The position numbers and the translations under genes were made by a program. Source: Octopus vulgaris (Eukaryota). Taken from it: a stretch of DNA of 64,000 nucleotides. Below are positions 13,479 to 27,748 of the stretch, piece by piece. The stretch is from contig OX597814.1 in the NCBI GenBank assembly GCA_951406725.2, positions 36,456,001 to 36,520,000 on the forward strand. The letters are read 5' to 3'. Position 1 is the stretch's first letter. The number at the start of each line of letters is the position of its first letter. Under the pieces are notes generated by a model that did no database searches, was not told where the DNA came from, and was given only the letters and a program-made list of their open reading frames with translations.

Positions 13479-13989
13479 TAATAATAATATTTCAAATTAC
13501 AAAAATAACAACATAACCAAGCTCAAGAGAAAATATTCACCCCCAAGAATATTCTCGTATGTTGAAATGCACAGTATTGGCAAATTAACATAAAAATGTA
13601 AAAGCGAAAAAAGAAAAAAAAAAAGAAAAAGAAACGTGTAATTATATATAACGTGTAAAGATATTAGAGATAAATATCTTTTTATTGCAAATGTATGTTT
13701 GTGTGTACACACAATGCTATGCGTTGGATATCATCATATTTTTTTGTTTATTGCAATTATTGTTTTTCCTTTGATTCACCTCTGATGAAACACCGTTGGA
13801 TTTCAGAGAAATTAATTGCACAAGTCAGAAGAAAGAAACCTCATAAGGGTTTTAATGTCCCTTTTGGTTTATAGAAAATAATAATGATAACGAAGGGAAG
13901 AAGGAGGATAATGATGGCAGTTAGGGTGATAAAATATTTAATTTTATATCATAAGCGGAAAGTTGCACAATTTGGATCTCTGACAGAAA

Positions 13990-14200
13990 TTTTGTAAGGT
14001 GAAATAAGACTGCATTCTGGTCTGAGAAGGAAACTCTCAAACAAGGGATCTGTGAGTTTAAATTTCTAAAGAAAGGGCGGCAGGTGGTCTCTGACTTTCC
14101 TTGGCTCATTAGGCTTCATGACCAATGTAACCTGAACATCCCTTTTACAGGCTCTGAATGAAGGTAAAATGGATTACATTATCTTTAAAGATGTGACAGT
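13990..14200 (+). mobile_element. Possible hAT (Buster/SPIN-like) transposase relic
   Basis: Frameshifted W.EKETLK..ICEF.FLKKG..V.DFPWL / LGFMTNVT resembles the hAT RWLS..LAFL.DIT region; weak. Confidence 0.3.
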
Positions 14201-14317
14201 AATATGAAGAACCACAAGTAATGGACAGGAATTTCTTTGGTCACATTGAGGAGAGGCAAAACAACTCTTAGCAAGATTTGAACACAGGTTGTTAACAAAG
14301 CCAGTTAACAAAAACAG

Positions 14318-14390
14318 TCCCATGTGGTCTCGTGGTTAAGATCACTGGCTTTCACCCAGGCGGTCCCAGGTTCGATTGCTGACATAGGAA
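14318..14390 (+). pseudogene. tRNA-Glu(TTC) pseudogene
   Basis: tcccatgtggtctcgtggttaagatcactggctTTCacccaggcggtcccaggttcgattgctgacataggaa resembles metazoan tRNA-Glu-TTC; mismatches in acceptor, anticodon and T stems; T-run just downstream. Confidence 0.8.
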
Positions 14391-14560
14391 AATTTTCTGC
14401 TTAATTTTAGATATAGCTTTCAACGGTGGTGCATCAGCATAGCCACAGCTCTGAGCTGAAACTAGAGGGGAAAAAAGGCCTTTTTATTTGTTTTACTTAA
14501 GCGCTCTATTGATTGTCCCCACCCCACTCCCCAGTAATACTTTTTTCTCTTTTTTTCGTC

Positions 14561-15068
14561 CTTTTCAAGCCTAGCCAGGCTCATGGGCCCGGTTTCCTGG
14601 TTTCTATGGCGTATGTGTTCCCCCAGCTGGACGCCATTCCATCGCAGCGTTACTCAAGAAATAGGAAGAAAGAGTGAGAGAAAGATGGGATGAAAGAGTA
14701 CAACAGGGGTCGCCACCATCCCCTGCCGGAGCCTCGTGGAGCTTTAGGTGTTTTCGCTCAATAAACACACACAACGCCCGGTCTGGGAATCAAAACCACG
14801 ATCCTCCGACTGCGAGTCCGCTGCCCTAACCACTAGGCTATTGCGCCTCCACCTGCGCCCTTTTAAAGCCTAGCCAGGCTCATGGGCCCGGTTTCCCGGG
14901 ACGCCAGTCCATCGCAGCGTTACTCATTTTTGCCAACTGAGTGGACTGGAGCAACGTGAAATGAAGTGTTTTGCTCAAGAACACAACGCGTCGCCCGGTC
15001 CAGGAATCGAAACCACAATCTTCCAATCATGATGCTGACATCCTAACCACTAAGCCACGCGCCTCCAC
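14561..15068 (-). mobile_element. Two tandem tRNA-derived SINEs, family C and a variant sharing its tail
   Basis: Heads gtggaggcgcaatagcctagtggttaggg and gtggaggcgcgtggcttagtggttagg; common tail cccatgagcctggctaggctt. Confidence 0.8.
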
Positions 15069-15729
15069 CCCCAGTAATACTAATGATATTAATTATTTCT
15101 GAGATACGGAACGATCTATTTGGAGAGAAAAGTATATTTGATGAAATTAATATCAGTATTTTATCGGAAAGATTGAAGTCAACTTTGACTTGAATGAAAT
15201 TTATATACAGTTTTTGATTCTTTTTAATGTCATAAGGAATGCTGCGAATGAATGGGAAGACGAAGGAAAGAAAAGCAAAGAAAGCTAAAATTATGCGGAT
15301 GGTTATCATGAATCGGACAGATTTAAAATAAGGTGAATGAGTTAAAGACAGCCAAGTCAGTTAAAGACAGAAACCCATGTCATTCAAATTGCTGAGATCA
15401 GACAAAACTGTTGATGATGATGATAACGACGATGACGACGATGATGATAAAGATGATGATGAAGAACGAGGAGGAGGAGGAATTATAGTGAACAGGCGGA
15501 AAAAGATACAAAAAAAAAAAAAAAATAATCATACTGATTATTTTTTAAACAATTTATTTTGGAATGAAGATGCAGTTTTGACATTTGAAACCCTTCTTAG
15601 CAGCTCGACTGGTGCCATTGATGTCCAGCGTGAACGACTAAAATTATGAAACGTAGGAAAAATATGAACGGAGAGGCGGCTACTACTACTATTACTACTA
15701 CTACTACAACTACTACTACTACTACTACT

Positions 15730-16190
15730 ACAAATCTAAGTAGAGACTTCAAACTTGAAATATTCAAAGCCACAGTCGAACCAATTCTACTATATGGCTC
15801 AGAAACCTGGACGTTATCAAAGAAGCTTGAGAGGCGGTTGGATGGAACCTACACTCGCCTCCTTATGAGAGCTCAAAATCTCTCGTGGAAGCGCCATCCA
15901 ACCAAAATGCAAATATATGGGAAACTACCACCTGTGTCATCTCTTGTGAAAGGTAGGAGAGTCCAGTTTGCTGGACATTGTTGTAGAGCTGAAAAAGAAG
16001 TAATTTCTACTCTTCTCCTCTGGAAGCCATCTACTCGCAATACCAGAGGGCGCACACTCTCCTACCCTGATGTAATCTCCAGAGATACAGGCATCCAGCA
16101 ACAGGACCTACGTAATGCCATGATGGACCGTGAAGTCTGGCGTAACATAGTAAATTCCATTGTCTCGACCACAGTCGAACAATGATGATA
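15730..16190 (+). mobile_element. RTE-clade LINE, 5'-truncated C-terminal fragment
   Basis: Open frame PILLYGSETWTL...RRVQFAGHCCR...AMMDREVWR then stop and tgatgat tail; abuts (ACT)n. Confidence 0.85.
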
Positions 16191-17082
16191 GCTTTGTGTC
16201 TTCACCGATAAATTTGCTGTACAGACTATGGTAAAATAATCATTAAAAAAATGTATTATTTGCACGACAGGAGTGTACCGGCGTCCTGGTTACCGATTGT
16301 CCAGAGATGAAATGCTTATTTCGACGAAATAAATTACTATTGTTATTTGTTCGGAGATTCTTGTTCCCGCTATTTTCCGTTCCACGACTATGTAAGGAAC
16401 TGTGAGGCACTCTTCTAGTGCCAACCTCACTTCCTACATTGATGAATATTTATCTGTCTTCAGTACAATCTATTTTACTTTTAATGACCGAACATGGGAT
16501 TCTTTGTTCATCATTTAGCAAGTGGATATGCTCATTGTAAAATGTGTCTGTTGGAAAAACGAATATTCATAATTTCATTCCATTTTTCCTTCCAACTCCT
16601 TTTAAACGATTAAATTAAAGTTTAATGAAAGTGGTAGCTTAATAAGTTCTCTGAATGTTTTTTTATCGATCGTCGTATACAATCTGTGTACACATACTTA
16701 CATGGGTCTATCCATCGATCGATCGATCGATCGATCGATCCATCCATCCATCCATCCATCCATCCATCCATCCATCCATCCATCCATCCATCCATCCGTA
16801 ATGCTGAGAAATAAAGATGTGTTTCTGTGTATATACCTCATGCATAGGAAAAGGGAAAACGAAAGGGAAACGTATAGGGTGACAGATTTCAGCAAAAACA
16901 GTGATAAAGTGATATATAGATCGATAGGTAAAGAGATAGATACATAAAATGATAAATGACGTTTCATGTTGTAAAAAAAAAAAAAATCTGACTATTTATT
17001 CTTGATATGTCAATATTTATTCGTAGGTTTTCTTAAGAGAGATATGAAGAGCGTGGATTTACAATCTTCTTCTATTTTCGGC

Positions 17083-17116
<34 letters not shown>

Positions 17117-17335
17117 AAAAAGCGAGTTAAGTGATAGAACACTGCCGCTGCATCGCTATTTGTCTTCGTGAAATACACTTGTTAAATATCTTTAACGATC
17201 CTGTTGAGAAACGAGTGTTTGTTTACATACTTCACACACACATGCATATGCTCACACACAACAAGCAAAGACACACACGTAAACATTAATACATACTACA
17301 AACATAGTGACATATACATATATATATATATGATA

Positions 17336-17387
<52 letters not shown>

Positions 17388-17390
<3 letters not shown>

Positions 17391-18422
17391 AGAACAATCT
17401 TACTTAGAAAGGGATGCGTGCGTTCCGTCATATAATATATTAATAAATAAAACATATGCATATATATATATATATAGATATATGTACGTACCTACCTCTA
17501 CATGTATATATATACACGCATATATGAGTACAGGACACCAAAAAAACGTCGAACACAATGAGAAACGAAAACATAGACACAAACCCAAGGAACTGGACAT
17601 TTTTCTTAAACAACAAAAAAATAGAGTACAGGACAAATAACACAAGGAAAAAACCCCTTCTTCAGTCGCCATGGTTTCATCTACTCTACGTTTCGAAGGT
17701 GAAAGCGAGACGTATCTTCGATAGAAACTTTCCTTCCTGCGAAAAGCAAATCAAATAAAATTTGAGATCTTTTTGCAGAGGGGTAAAAATGGTAACAAAA
17801 ACAGGACAGTAACAACAGTACAAAATATAAGCAGTAAAAGACAGGACAAGGAAAATAACAAGACAAGAAGGGCTGTTAAGCCGAACGTAAAAAAGTATTA
17901 CGAACGCTATTTCTGTGAACGGCGAAGGAAGCAAAGAAAATTGCCGTCCACACCTCATGAAGGTCAGGCGAGAAAGAAGGTGGCAAGGCTCTCGTCGCGG
18001 GTTAACGGTGGGAGGGAGGAGGAGGAGTAAGAGAAAGGGAGAGAAGAAAGGGGAATGGTTGTGAGGAAACCAGAAAGAATGAACAATGAGAGAGAGGGAG
18101 AGAGAGAGGGAGAGAGAGGGAGAGAGAGAGAGTGAAGAATGAGAGAGAGGGAGAGCCAGTTAAGTAGAAGAAAAGGAAATCAAAGAATGAAGGCAGAGAA
18201 AGGGAGGAGACAGAAAGGTTAAGAGTGCGCATCAAAATTAATATCAAGAACAATCTTACTTAGAAAGGGATGCGTGCGTTCCGTCATATAATATATTAAT
18301 AAATAAAACATATGCATATATATATACATATATGTACGTACCTACCTCTACATGTATATATACACGCATATATGAGTACAGGACACCAAAAAAACGTCGA
18401 ACACAATGAGAAACGAAAACAT
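17388..18422 (-). mobile_element. Non-coding element with ~180-bp terminal direct repeat (Penelope pLTR-like)
   Basis: 17388-17572 repeated at 18245-18422; abuts (TA)n; related copy at 34915-35283. Confidence 0.55.
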
Positions 18423-18737
18423 ACGTGTATACATACATACTTGCATACATACATACAGGGGAATAGACAGGTAATATTGTCATATTTGTATATATGTACC
18501 TGTGTGTACATATATACGTTTGTACATAGATGGAGAGAGAGAGAGAGGAGGAGAGAGAGAGAGAGTGAGGGAGATCGAAGGAAGGGAGATGAGGACAGAA
18601 TCTATACAGTTATACACTAAGGCCAAATATGTTATACTGTCACGTGCTTAGCTGAAGGGAAAGGCGAAGAAGGAGAGAAAAAGGGGAAGATAGAGAAAGC
18701 GGGAGAGAAAAAGAGGGGAAGAGGAAAAAGAGTAGAA

Positions 18738-19105
18738 TACTCTTTTACTCTTTTACTTATTTCAGTCATTTGACTGCGGCCATGCTGGAGCACCGCTTTT
18801 AGTACTTATTCTATCGGTCTCTTTTTGCCGAACCGCTAAGTGACGGGGACGTAAACACACCAGCATCGGTTGTCAAGCAATGCTAGGGGGACAAACACAG
18901 ACACACAAACACACACACTCACACACACATATATATACATATATACGACAGGCTTCTTTCAGTTTCCGTCTACCAAATCCACTCACAAGGCATTGGTCGG
19001 CCCGGGGCTATGGCAGAAGACACTTGCCCAAGATGCCACGCAGTGGGACTGAACCCGCAACCATGTGGTTGGTTAGCAAGCTACTTACCACAGAGCCACT
19101 CCTGC
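18738..19105 (-). mobile_element. SINE family A
   Basis: Full-length match to the 6566-6930 family. Confidence 0.85.
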
Positions 19106-19239
19106 TTCAGAAAAATATACAATTTCATCATTAAATTTTCAGATTTTCCGTGAAAAAGAAATTAATATTTTTTGTTCCAAAATCTTTAACGATGGTGTCG
19201 AGGAAAAGGTGTGTGTCTGTGTACATACACACCTATATA

Positions 19240-19450
19240 AAGTTAATCCAAACATGAAAACACAAAGAGAAAACAACAACGCGAGGACGTGGAACAAGTA
19301 TAGTGTTATTGGACGCTCAGGAAAGGAAAGAAAGAAGGAGGATTTAACGTTTCGAGCGGAGCTCTTCTTCAGAAACATAGGAAAAGGAAATGTCCAAGGA
19401 AGGGAAGACGGAGGAAAAAAATCGCCGCCAACGATACAGATGCGGTCATA
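19240..19450 (-). mobile_element. Penelope-like pLTR fragment with minimal hammerhead motif
   Basis: Minus strand gttt-CTGAAGA-a-gagc-tcc-gctc-GAAA-cg-TT-aaat (19342-19376); homologous to 33105-33315. Confidence 0.65.
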
Positions 19451-19754
19451 TATCCAAAAAAAGGAGGGGGAATGCAGACCAAATTGAAAGTTATGTTACA
19501 GATAAATTTCACCAAAATTGTGATTATTTATGTATCTAAAGACATATTTCTAAATGGTTCTGAATTCAATCATCTGCGTAGCAGCTTGAGGAAGAATCTT
19601 TACCATTGCCTCATGCCGACCCAAGGTAAAATGAATAAACATGGCAACTGGAAACTTTGTAGAAGCCCGTACATCAAATTTTAGACTGTACATCAAATTT
19701 TAAAGGTCAAGCCTTGCAACGCAGTTACACTGATTTCACTTGAGAATTACTTAT

Positions 19755-20678
19755 TTATTTATTGCTCACAAGGGGCTAAACATAGAGGGGACAAACATGG
19801 ACAGACAAAGGGATTAAGTCGATTATATCGACCCCAGTGCGTAACTGGTACTGAATTTATCGACCCGGAGGGGATAAAAGACAAAGTCGACATCGGCGGA
19901 ATTTGAACTCAGAACGGCAGACGAAATACCTATTTCTTTACTACCCACAAGGGGCTAAACACAGAGAGGACAAACAAGGACAGACAAACGGATTAAGTCG
20001 ATTATATCGACTCCAGCTGGTACTTAATTTATCGACCCCGAAAGGATGAAAGGCAAAGACGACCTCGGCGGACTTTGAACTCAGAACTAACGGCAGACGA
20101 AATATCTATTTCTTTATTACCCACAAGGGGCTAAACACAGAAAGGACAAACAAGGATAGACAAACGGATTTAGTCGATTATATCGACCTCAGCTGGTACT
20201 TAATTTATCGACCCCGAAAGGATGAAAGGCAAAGATGACCTCGGCGGACTTTGAACTCAGAACTAACGGTAGACGAAATATCTATTTCTTTATTACCCAC
20301 AAGGGGCTAAACACAGAGAGGACAAACAAGGATAGACAAACGGATTAAGTCGATTATATCGACCCCAGCTGGTACTTAATTTATCGACCCCGAAAGGATG
20401 AAAGGCAAAGACGACCTCGGCGGACTTTGAACTCAGAACTAACGGCAGACGAAATATCTATTTCTTTATTACCCACAAGGGGCTAAACACAGAGAGGACA
20501 AACAAGGATAGACAAACGGATTAAGTCGATTATATCGACCCCAGCTGGTACTTAATTTATCGACCCCGAAAGGATGAAAGGCAAAGACGACCTCGGCGGA
20601 ATTTGATCTCAGAACGTAGCGGCACACGAAATACCGCTAAGCATTTCGCCCGGTGTGCTAACGTTTCTGCCAGCTCGC
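19755..20678 (-). repeat. SINE family B with five tandem ~176-bp body/tail units
   Basis: cacaaggggctaaaca recurs at ~19768, 19946, 20122, 20298 and 20474; one head at 20630-20678. Confidence 0.9.
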
Positions 20679-21318
20679 TTACTCTAAGGATACACTTTGC
20701 ACGCTAATATATTGGACAGGTCGTTCAGCTGACCAAGGAATTTGATGGTAGTAACGCTAACACTGACAGAAAAGTCACACACACATATACACATACACGC
20801 ACATATATGTATTATATATATATATACACACACACATATATCACTGCAGAGTGAAAGTGGGAGAGAGAAGGTAGATTGTGTGTGTTTGAACGTGCGCGTA
20901 TGTATGTGTGTGTGTGTGTGCGTACACACGCTTGTCTATGATCTGTTACATATTGAAATCTCCCGTAGGATGACATCCCCTTTCATTTTTCTGAGGCCGA
21001 TAAAAGAAGTACAAATGACGCACTGAGATTGATATTATTGATTAGATCTTTAAAGAAACTGTTGCAGCGGTAACGACTGAAACCAGGAAACGAATATGTG
21101 TATATATGTCTATTCATAAACAGGAAAAGAATATACACCTGTGTGTGTATGTTTGCGTCTTACATACACATATATATATATATATATACATATAACATAA
21201 ACACACACATATACACATGTCTGCATACATATATGCATATATGTATGCAAACATATATGCATATATGTATACATACATGCGTGTCTATCAAATCATTCTC
21301 ACTCTCATTCTTCCTTAC

Positions 21319-21358
<40 letters not shown>

Positions 21359-22017
21359 CATATATATATATACATATATATATACATATATATATATACA
21401 TATATATACATACATACATACATACATACATACATACATACACACATATATATATATATGGGTGTATTCTCTGCGTGTATGTTTACATACATACATACAT
21501 ACATACATACGTACATACATTTATGAATAAATACATACATGCATTTATACATAAGTACATATTTGGCTCCTAAGACATATTTACATACTTGCGCATTCTC
21601 ATTCCCTCTCACGTTACACGTTCGTATATGCATAAATGCATTTATACACACACGTTTCTGCTCATGCCAAAACCTGTCACACTACAGATCGTTCGTTATA
21701 TGAAGTTTGTTTTCACTAGCAAAATGAAATACTTGATGCTGTTCATTCATGAGCTAATCATCAGATCATTTTTATGTGGAGTTTGAACTATCAAAATGTT
21801 AAATACTGAAGATCTAAGTGAAAATAAACGGTCTATAGAAATTATGTCTTTGATAATTATATATAAATTCAGCCAGAATGTCACAACACTGATTATTCCT
21901 ACTTTCAAAGTCAATACAGCGGAACATCCATTGATGTAAACGTGTGATCCTTGGAAACTGATGCAATTATATCTATTGCAAAAGGGCATGAAACATATAC
22001 GTACGTACGTACATACA

Positions 22018-22385
<368 letters not shown>

Positions 22386-22437
22386 TGTGTGTATATATAC
22401 AGATGCATATATATTTATACAGACATATCTATTCATG

Positions 22438-22468
<31 letters not shown>

Positions 22469-22772
22469 ATGATTAAGCTTGTGCGTATACAGACAAATGC
22501 ATTGGCAAACATATGTGACATTGTTTGCATGTATACATTATATATTTGTATGCATATATGAATGTTTGTATGTATGTATGTATGCATGTAGGTAGGTATA
22601 GGCATTTTTTGTATGTGACTGCGTTTATTTATAAATGATGCATGTATGCACGCACAACATTTATGGCGGAAATTTAAAGATTCAATGTCCTCACGTGACC
22701 AGTTATTTCATATCAAGCAAGGGATCTGCTGTCTAATTACCTGTCTCTTCTCTCTTGCTTTATCTCCCTCAC

Positions 22773-22854
<82 letters not shown>

Positions 22855-23169
22855 TTGAAGTAGATAAATGAATTATCTTATTACGGATAATTCAAATGAT
22901 AACCGATACCTGGGTAGCAAAAACCACAACAGAAAAAGCACGGTTGAAGTTACGACCATGGGGCATAAACATATGTAGAAAATAATAAAAAGGAATTTTG
23001 TTAAATCTTCGTTCAGCTCCATTTCTTCCTACACTTAATATATATATTAATATATATATATAAAGCTAGAATAGCTAAATAGATAGAGGAATAGATACAT
23101 AAATTGATAGATTAATAGACATGGGTATAGTTATCCACACACACACTCACACGCACACATTCATATCCA

Positions 23170-23601
23170 TATCACCTTGATCACCTTGACCGACCAGTCC
23201 GTCGGGCGTCCATTTGACAATGCTGGTCACAGCACGCTGTCCTCTCCTCTCTGGATCGCGCCTTTCTCATCCACGTGATCACAATCGCCCTTCTGAAATC
23301 ATAACTCTACCATCGTGGAGGCTTTCCGAGTGATCGTTCCCACTCGCGCGGGTACCACTCGACAATTGCTCGGGTCCACCGATTATCGGTGAGCCGGGCG
23401 ACGTGTCCAGCCCATCTAAACTTGCTGCGTGTATATTCTACGATGACATCCCTATTTCTCTTCTGATGACCTCGCTACTGATGTGCCCTCTCAACGAGAT
23501 TCCAAGCAGTGACCTCTCCATGGCTCTTTGAGCCGTTACCAATCTCTGTTCTCTCTTTGTTGTAGCCCATGTTTCACTACCATATAACATTGCAGGTAGA
23601 A

Positions 23602-23605
<4 letters not shown>
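23170..23605 (-). mobile_element. RTE-clade LINE 3' fragment
   Basis: TVLPAMLYGSETWATTK...QRAMERSLLGISL; KFRWAGHVARLTDNRWT..IVEWYPRE. Confidence 0.85.
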
Positions 23606-23644
<39 letters not shown>

Positions 23645-24419
23645 CACATGGATGTATTCATATATATATGCATACTTATGCATTACATACACATAAATAC
23701 ATACATATACATACACACATATTTGTCTAGATGCATATATGAGTACACACACACATTACATATGTGTATGTATGTGTGTTTGTATGTGTATATATATATT
23801 CGCAGTTGTAGGAACTCGACAACACTTCAAGTGCAGGTTATATTAAAACTTTCTCTTCCATAAAACAAATTAAGTTATACTAATTTTTATATACTTCTTT
23901 TCTGATAAAATTCTTTGTAATTATATAATTTGTCTTGCAATACAGTTACATCTTTATATTTTTGCAGTCTTTATCGGTTGGGGTGAAAGATTAGAAGCCA
24001 AATTTCAAATCCTAGTTGGGCTTTGTCAGTAGCATGCTTTTCCTGCCATGGGAATTGAAACAGGAACCAGTTGGAATATTAGGCAAATTCTGATGGGCAG
24101 CCTGTGTGATGCGTATCGAGGGAGGGCGAATCTTCTCTTCTCAGAGTGTCTGGAGATTTATTTTACTTCAAATATATTAACATAACTGCATGCGTTTTCT
24201 AATATGAAGGTGGTTCCTAGCGTGTGCTGAAGTGACACATGTAAGCTGGTAAGATGCATGATTTGTTTTATCACATCGAAAGTTGAAAGTCCGGCTAAGA
24301 AACAGAAAGAGATGTACAAGGCAACTACTCTTTATTTGGTAGCACATGCTTGGAAAATATTGCTTGTAAAACAGTAGCGTTTAAAAAATAAATTAAAATA
24401 AACACGTTATTAATTAATG

Positions 24420-25860
24420 TCAAGTAGTATTTTATTCACTCAGTAGCAGCACTTAAAATTTTCACTTGAAACTACTTTTCTAAGACATTTATTGTCAGTT
24501 TAAAGTTTGTCTAAAAATTCCGAACAGTTAAAATAGTATGTTTATTTTAGTCATCAAAAGACTATAGCTTTTGCTATATTGTCCCTTTCATCTGATTACA
24601 CATTATTTATTACACACAATTCTTACCCAACTGTTGTAAAAATACCCAGTAAACAAAAATGTATTATATTAAAGCAAAAATGCATGCCTTAGAAGCCCTA
24701 AAACTCTTTACAATAACTTTATCAAATAATTAATCAATGTCTATTAGCTGTTTTCCATTTCTTTGATTGGTTTTAGCTGCAGACTGCTCCACACTAGTCT
24801 AAGATATATCTCCAGAATTTAACCATGCAAAGTCCTTTACCTCTTCAAGGTTCTCTTTCCATAGAGTGAACTCTTTCATAATTTTTTTCTTATTTTTCTT
24901 CACTTTTTTCAATGCTTTCCCCTTTTTCTTCAAGTTTTCTTAGGAAGATCATTGCAGTTTGTGGCAAAAATTCATTTTATTTCTTCTATATTTATAATCA
25001 GATTTTGCATTTCTGCTTTGATATTTACTGCTTTGGATACGGCGTTGCCTGTAACCAGAATCGGTTTGTTGAAAATACTAACCTGCCCATGTACAAACCA
25101 TAAATACATTTCTCCAGAATCATTCTCATAGAACTATTTTATCAGTCCCAGACTGTGTTCATGGGGACAAAAGAAAAAAATTCAAGCTAACAAAACTGTT
25201 AGCAATTCTTTCAGCTGCTGGTAGCATTGACAAAAATCTGGCATTACCTTCTTGCAATAACTTTTTTTTTTGTATACAACTGCGGCAATGTCACAAAATT
25301 CTATTAGCTGTTACACGAACTATGTATGTGTGAAAATATTTGAAAAATGTTCACCATACGTCCTTCGATATCGATTTGTAATATATCAACAGCCGTTTGG
25401 AAATAACTGTACACAATGAGTACAACATAGCCAATACCAACAAGTTCCTTTTCAAGTGTGGTTCTTAATCGGTTAAATATGTCGTTCTTGCTTTTTCATT
25501 GTACACCACAAAAAGTAAGAAATAATAGAATTGGAGCTTCCCCTTACAGCAAAGGGAAGACACTTTTACTTTTCATAACGTTTCTCATAAAGCGAATTGC
25601 AAGACATCCAACTGTTCGTCAAAGTTGATCTCAAAACATTTTGAGCCAAAGTTTCATCTAGCGATGACGAAATATAAAGCCAAATCTGAGCTTGCAGTTG
25701 ACTCCACAAAATCCAAGACTTCACCGTGATTATTAATAACCGAGACTAAGGTATCAGTCAAGATACCAACTGTCTCAGCTGGAACAGTGTACATTTCTCG
25801 AAATTTGACTTGTACCCCATGACCAGGAATGTAATGTAAATTATCATTTTAACACTCTTT
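24420..25860 (-). mobile_element. Highly degenerate hAT transposase relic
   Basis: Minus-strand fragments ISSSLDET (~25665), LLQEGNARFLSMLPAAERIA (~25230) and INNV*SDER..FNCSEF (dimerisation-like, ~24600). Confidence 0.55.
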
Positions 25861-26079
25861 ACGTTCAAAAGCACCCATAGAAACCGTCACAAAATTTGAC
25901 CTCGCTTGGTCTTTTATGAATAGTGGTTTCCTTAACTGTAAGAAGAAGCTGCAATTCGATTATTTCTGACTCTTCAAAACAAGAGAATATGTGTGTGCAT
26001 GTGTGTGTGTGCGTGTGTATATGTGTGTGTGTAATTGTGTATATATATGTGTGCGTGTGTATGCATGAATATATATCTA

Positions 26080-26990
26080 CGAGGGAGAGTCAAAAATTAT
26101 ACGCATTCTTGTTTTATCAGTGTATTACACAAAATCAATGTATAAACAAGTATGTCATTTTTTTGTACAGTCTCCTTCCTTTTTGATGCATTTGGTCCAG
26201 CGGTCCACAAATTTGCGTTTTCCCATAAAGAAGAAAGTTTTCGGTTGATCCTGCAACCATTTATGCATCTTCATCTTCATCTGTAGGAAATAGACGACTT
26301 CAGAGACCATCTTTGAACGGTCCAAAGATATGATACTCGGAAGGGGCGAGACCTGGGCTGTAGGCGGGGTGCTCCAGCACCTCAAAACCCAATTGATTAA
26401 TGGGTTCAATGCTCTGGGCAGCCGTGTGTAGATGTGCATTGTCATGCAGCAACAAAACTTTCTTCGACAATAGGCTTTGGTATTTGGTGTGAATTGCTTG
26501 CTTCCGTTTGTTGGCCAGCAAAGCACAGTATCTTGCACTGTTGATCATACACCCCTTTTCCAGGTAGTCTTCCAGTATAGGCCCTTGTGTGTCCCAAAAA
26601 TGGGTTAGCATCACCTTTCCCGCGGAAGACTGAGTCTTGAATTTCTTCATCACTGGTGAGCTAGGATGTTTCCACTCCATACTCTGTCTTTCGAATTCTG
26701 CCTCATAATGATGGATCCACATTTCATCTCCTGTTAATATTCTGCTCAAAGATTCCTCGCTCTCATCGTTGCAGCGATCGAGTAAGCATTGGCAGACCTC
26801 AAGACGTTTGAGCTTGTGCTCTGCAGTAAGCTCTCTTGGCACCTATCTTGCACAGACTTTATGGAAACCGAGCTCATCGTGGATGATTTGATAGGCAGTA
26901 CCATGATCAATCTGCAGAGAATGATCTACTTCATGGATAACTCGACGGGTCACCATTACCATCTCTCGAGTTTTCTGAATCTACTCGTCA
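26080..26990 (-). mobile_element. Mariner transposon, 5'-truncated and disrupted
   Basis: ORF 26300-26842 with TGDE.WIHHY, LLLHDNA and HPAYSP.LAPS.Y motifs; TA + TIR cgagggagagtcaaaaatta at 26078-26100. Confidence 0.92.
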
Positions 26991-27640
26991 GTGGTGGAGG
27001 TTGACGGGTGTCTCCATATTGTACTAAAAACTTCCGATGAATTTCAGCACCTGACACACCTGTTGACCAGAGAAATCAGCTCACTGCACTTTGTTTTTCT
27101 TTGGCGCACAATGCTAGTGGAGCAGCCATGCTTACACTATAAAGTCAGAAAGATTCTGAAAATACACATAAGTCTTGTTTGTTGAGTTTTAGTATCACAC
27201 CCAACCCAGTTCTGCGCAATCAGTGTCGCATTTCTCAAATCAAAAAAGCGTGCACATTTGAAAACCAAACCACATGATAACGCGTCTTCGCAAAACACAA
27301 AAATGCGCTGAGTCATACAGACTCTCTGCAAATGCGCACGCGCATTCAACTGTCGAGGGTAAAATTATCTCCATCCAATCAAAAAACAGCTGGCTGTCTG
27401 TTGGCGTATCTAGCTGTATGCACGCACCGCGTACAAATTTCTATGTTTTAGTGATTTTGAATGGATATGCCCATACCTTATGGGCATAAGGGGTCCATTT
27501 TTTTAATGGCTTCCTGGGATGACTGGGGAAATGAAAATATCTTCACGACCACCGTCAGAGAGTTTTGAAAGCCCTTAGAAAATAGCGGGCCTTTTAGGCG
27601 AAAAACTGGATTTGTATAAAGGACACACAGACATTTTACC

Positions 27641-27712
<72 letters not shown>

Positions 27713-27748
27713 TATGTATGTATATATGTATGTATGTATATACACACC

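Noticed and set aside
13782-13830. CTGATGA...GAAA...GTC hammerhead-like string
   Set aside because: Stems I, II and III do not pair convincingly
14318-14390. Functional tRNA-Glu gene
   Set aside because: Mismatches in acceptor, anticodon and T stems; called a pseudogene
19755-20678. Tandem array as CRISPR or RNA gene cluster
   Set aside because: Units are near-identical SINE B bodies without unique spacers
26300-26842. Mariner with third catalytic D replaced by E (LAPSEY) as a novel DDE variant or domesticated gene
   Set aside because: The copy is truncated with stops and other motif lesions (YSPG, HDNAHLH); neutral decay is the simpler explanation
27113-27690. Second Helitron-like element
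   Set aside because: One end resembles the 7813 element but the hairpin/CTAG end is not convincing
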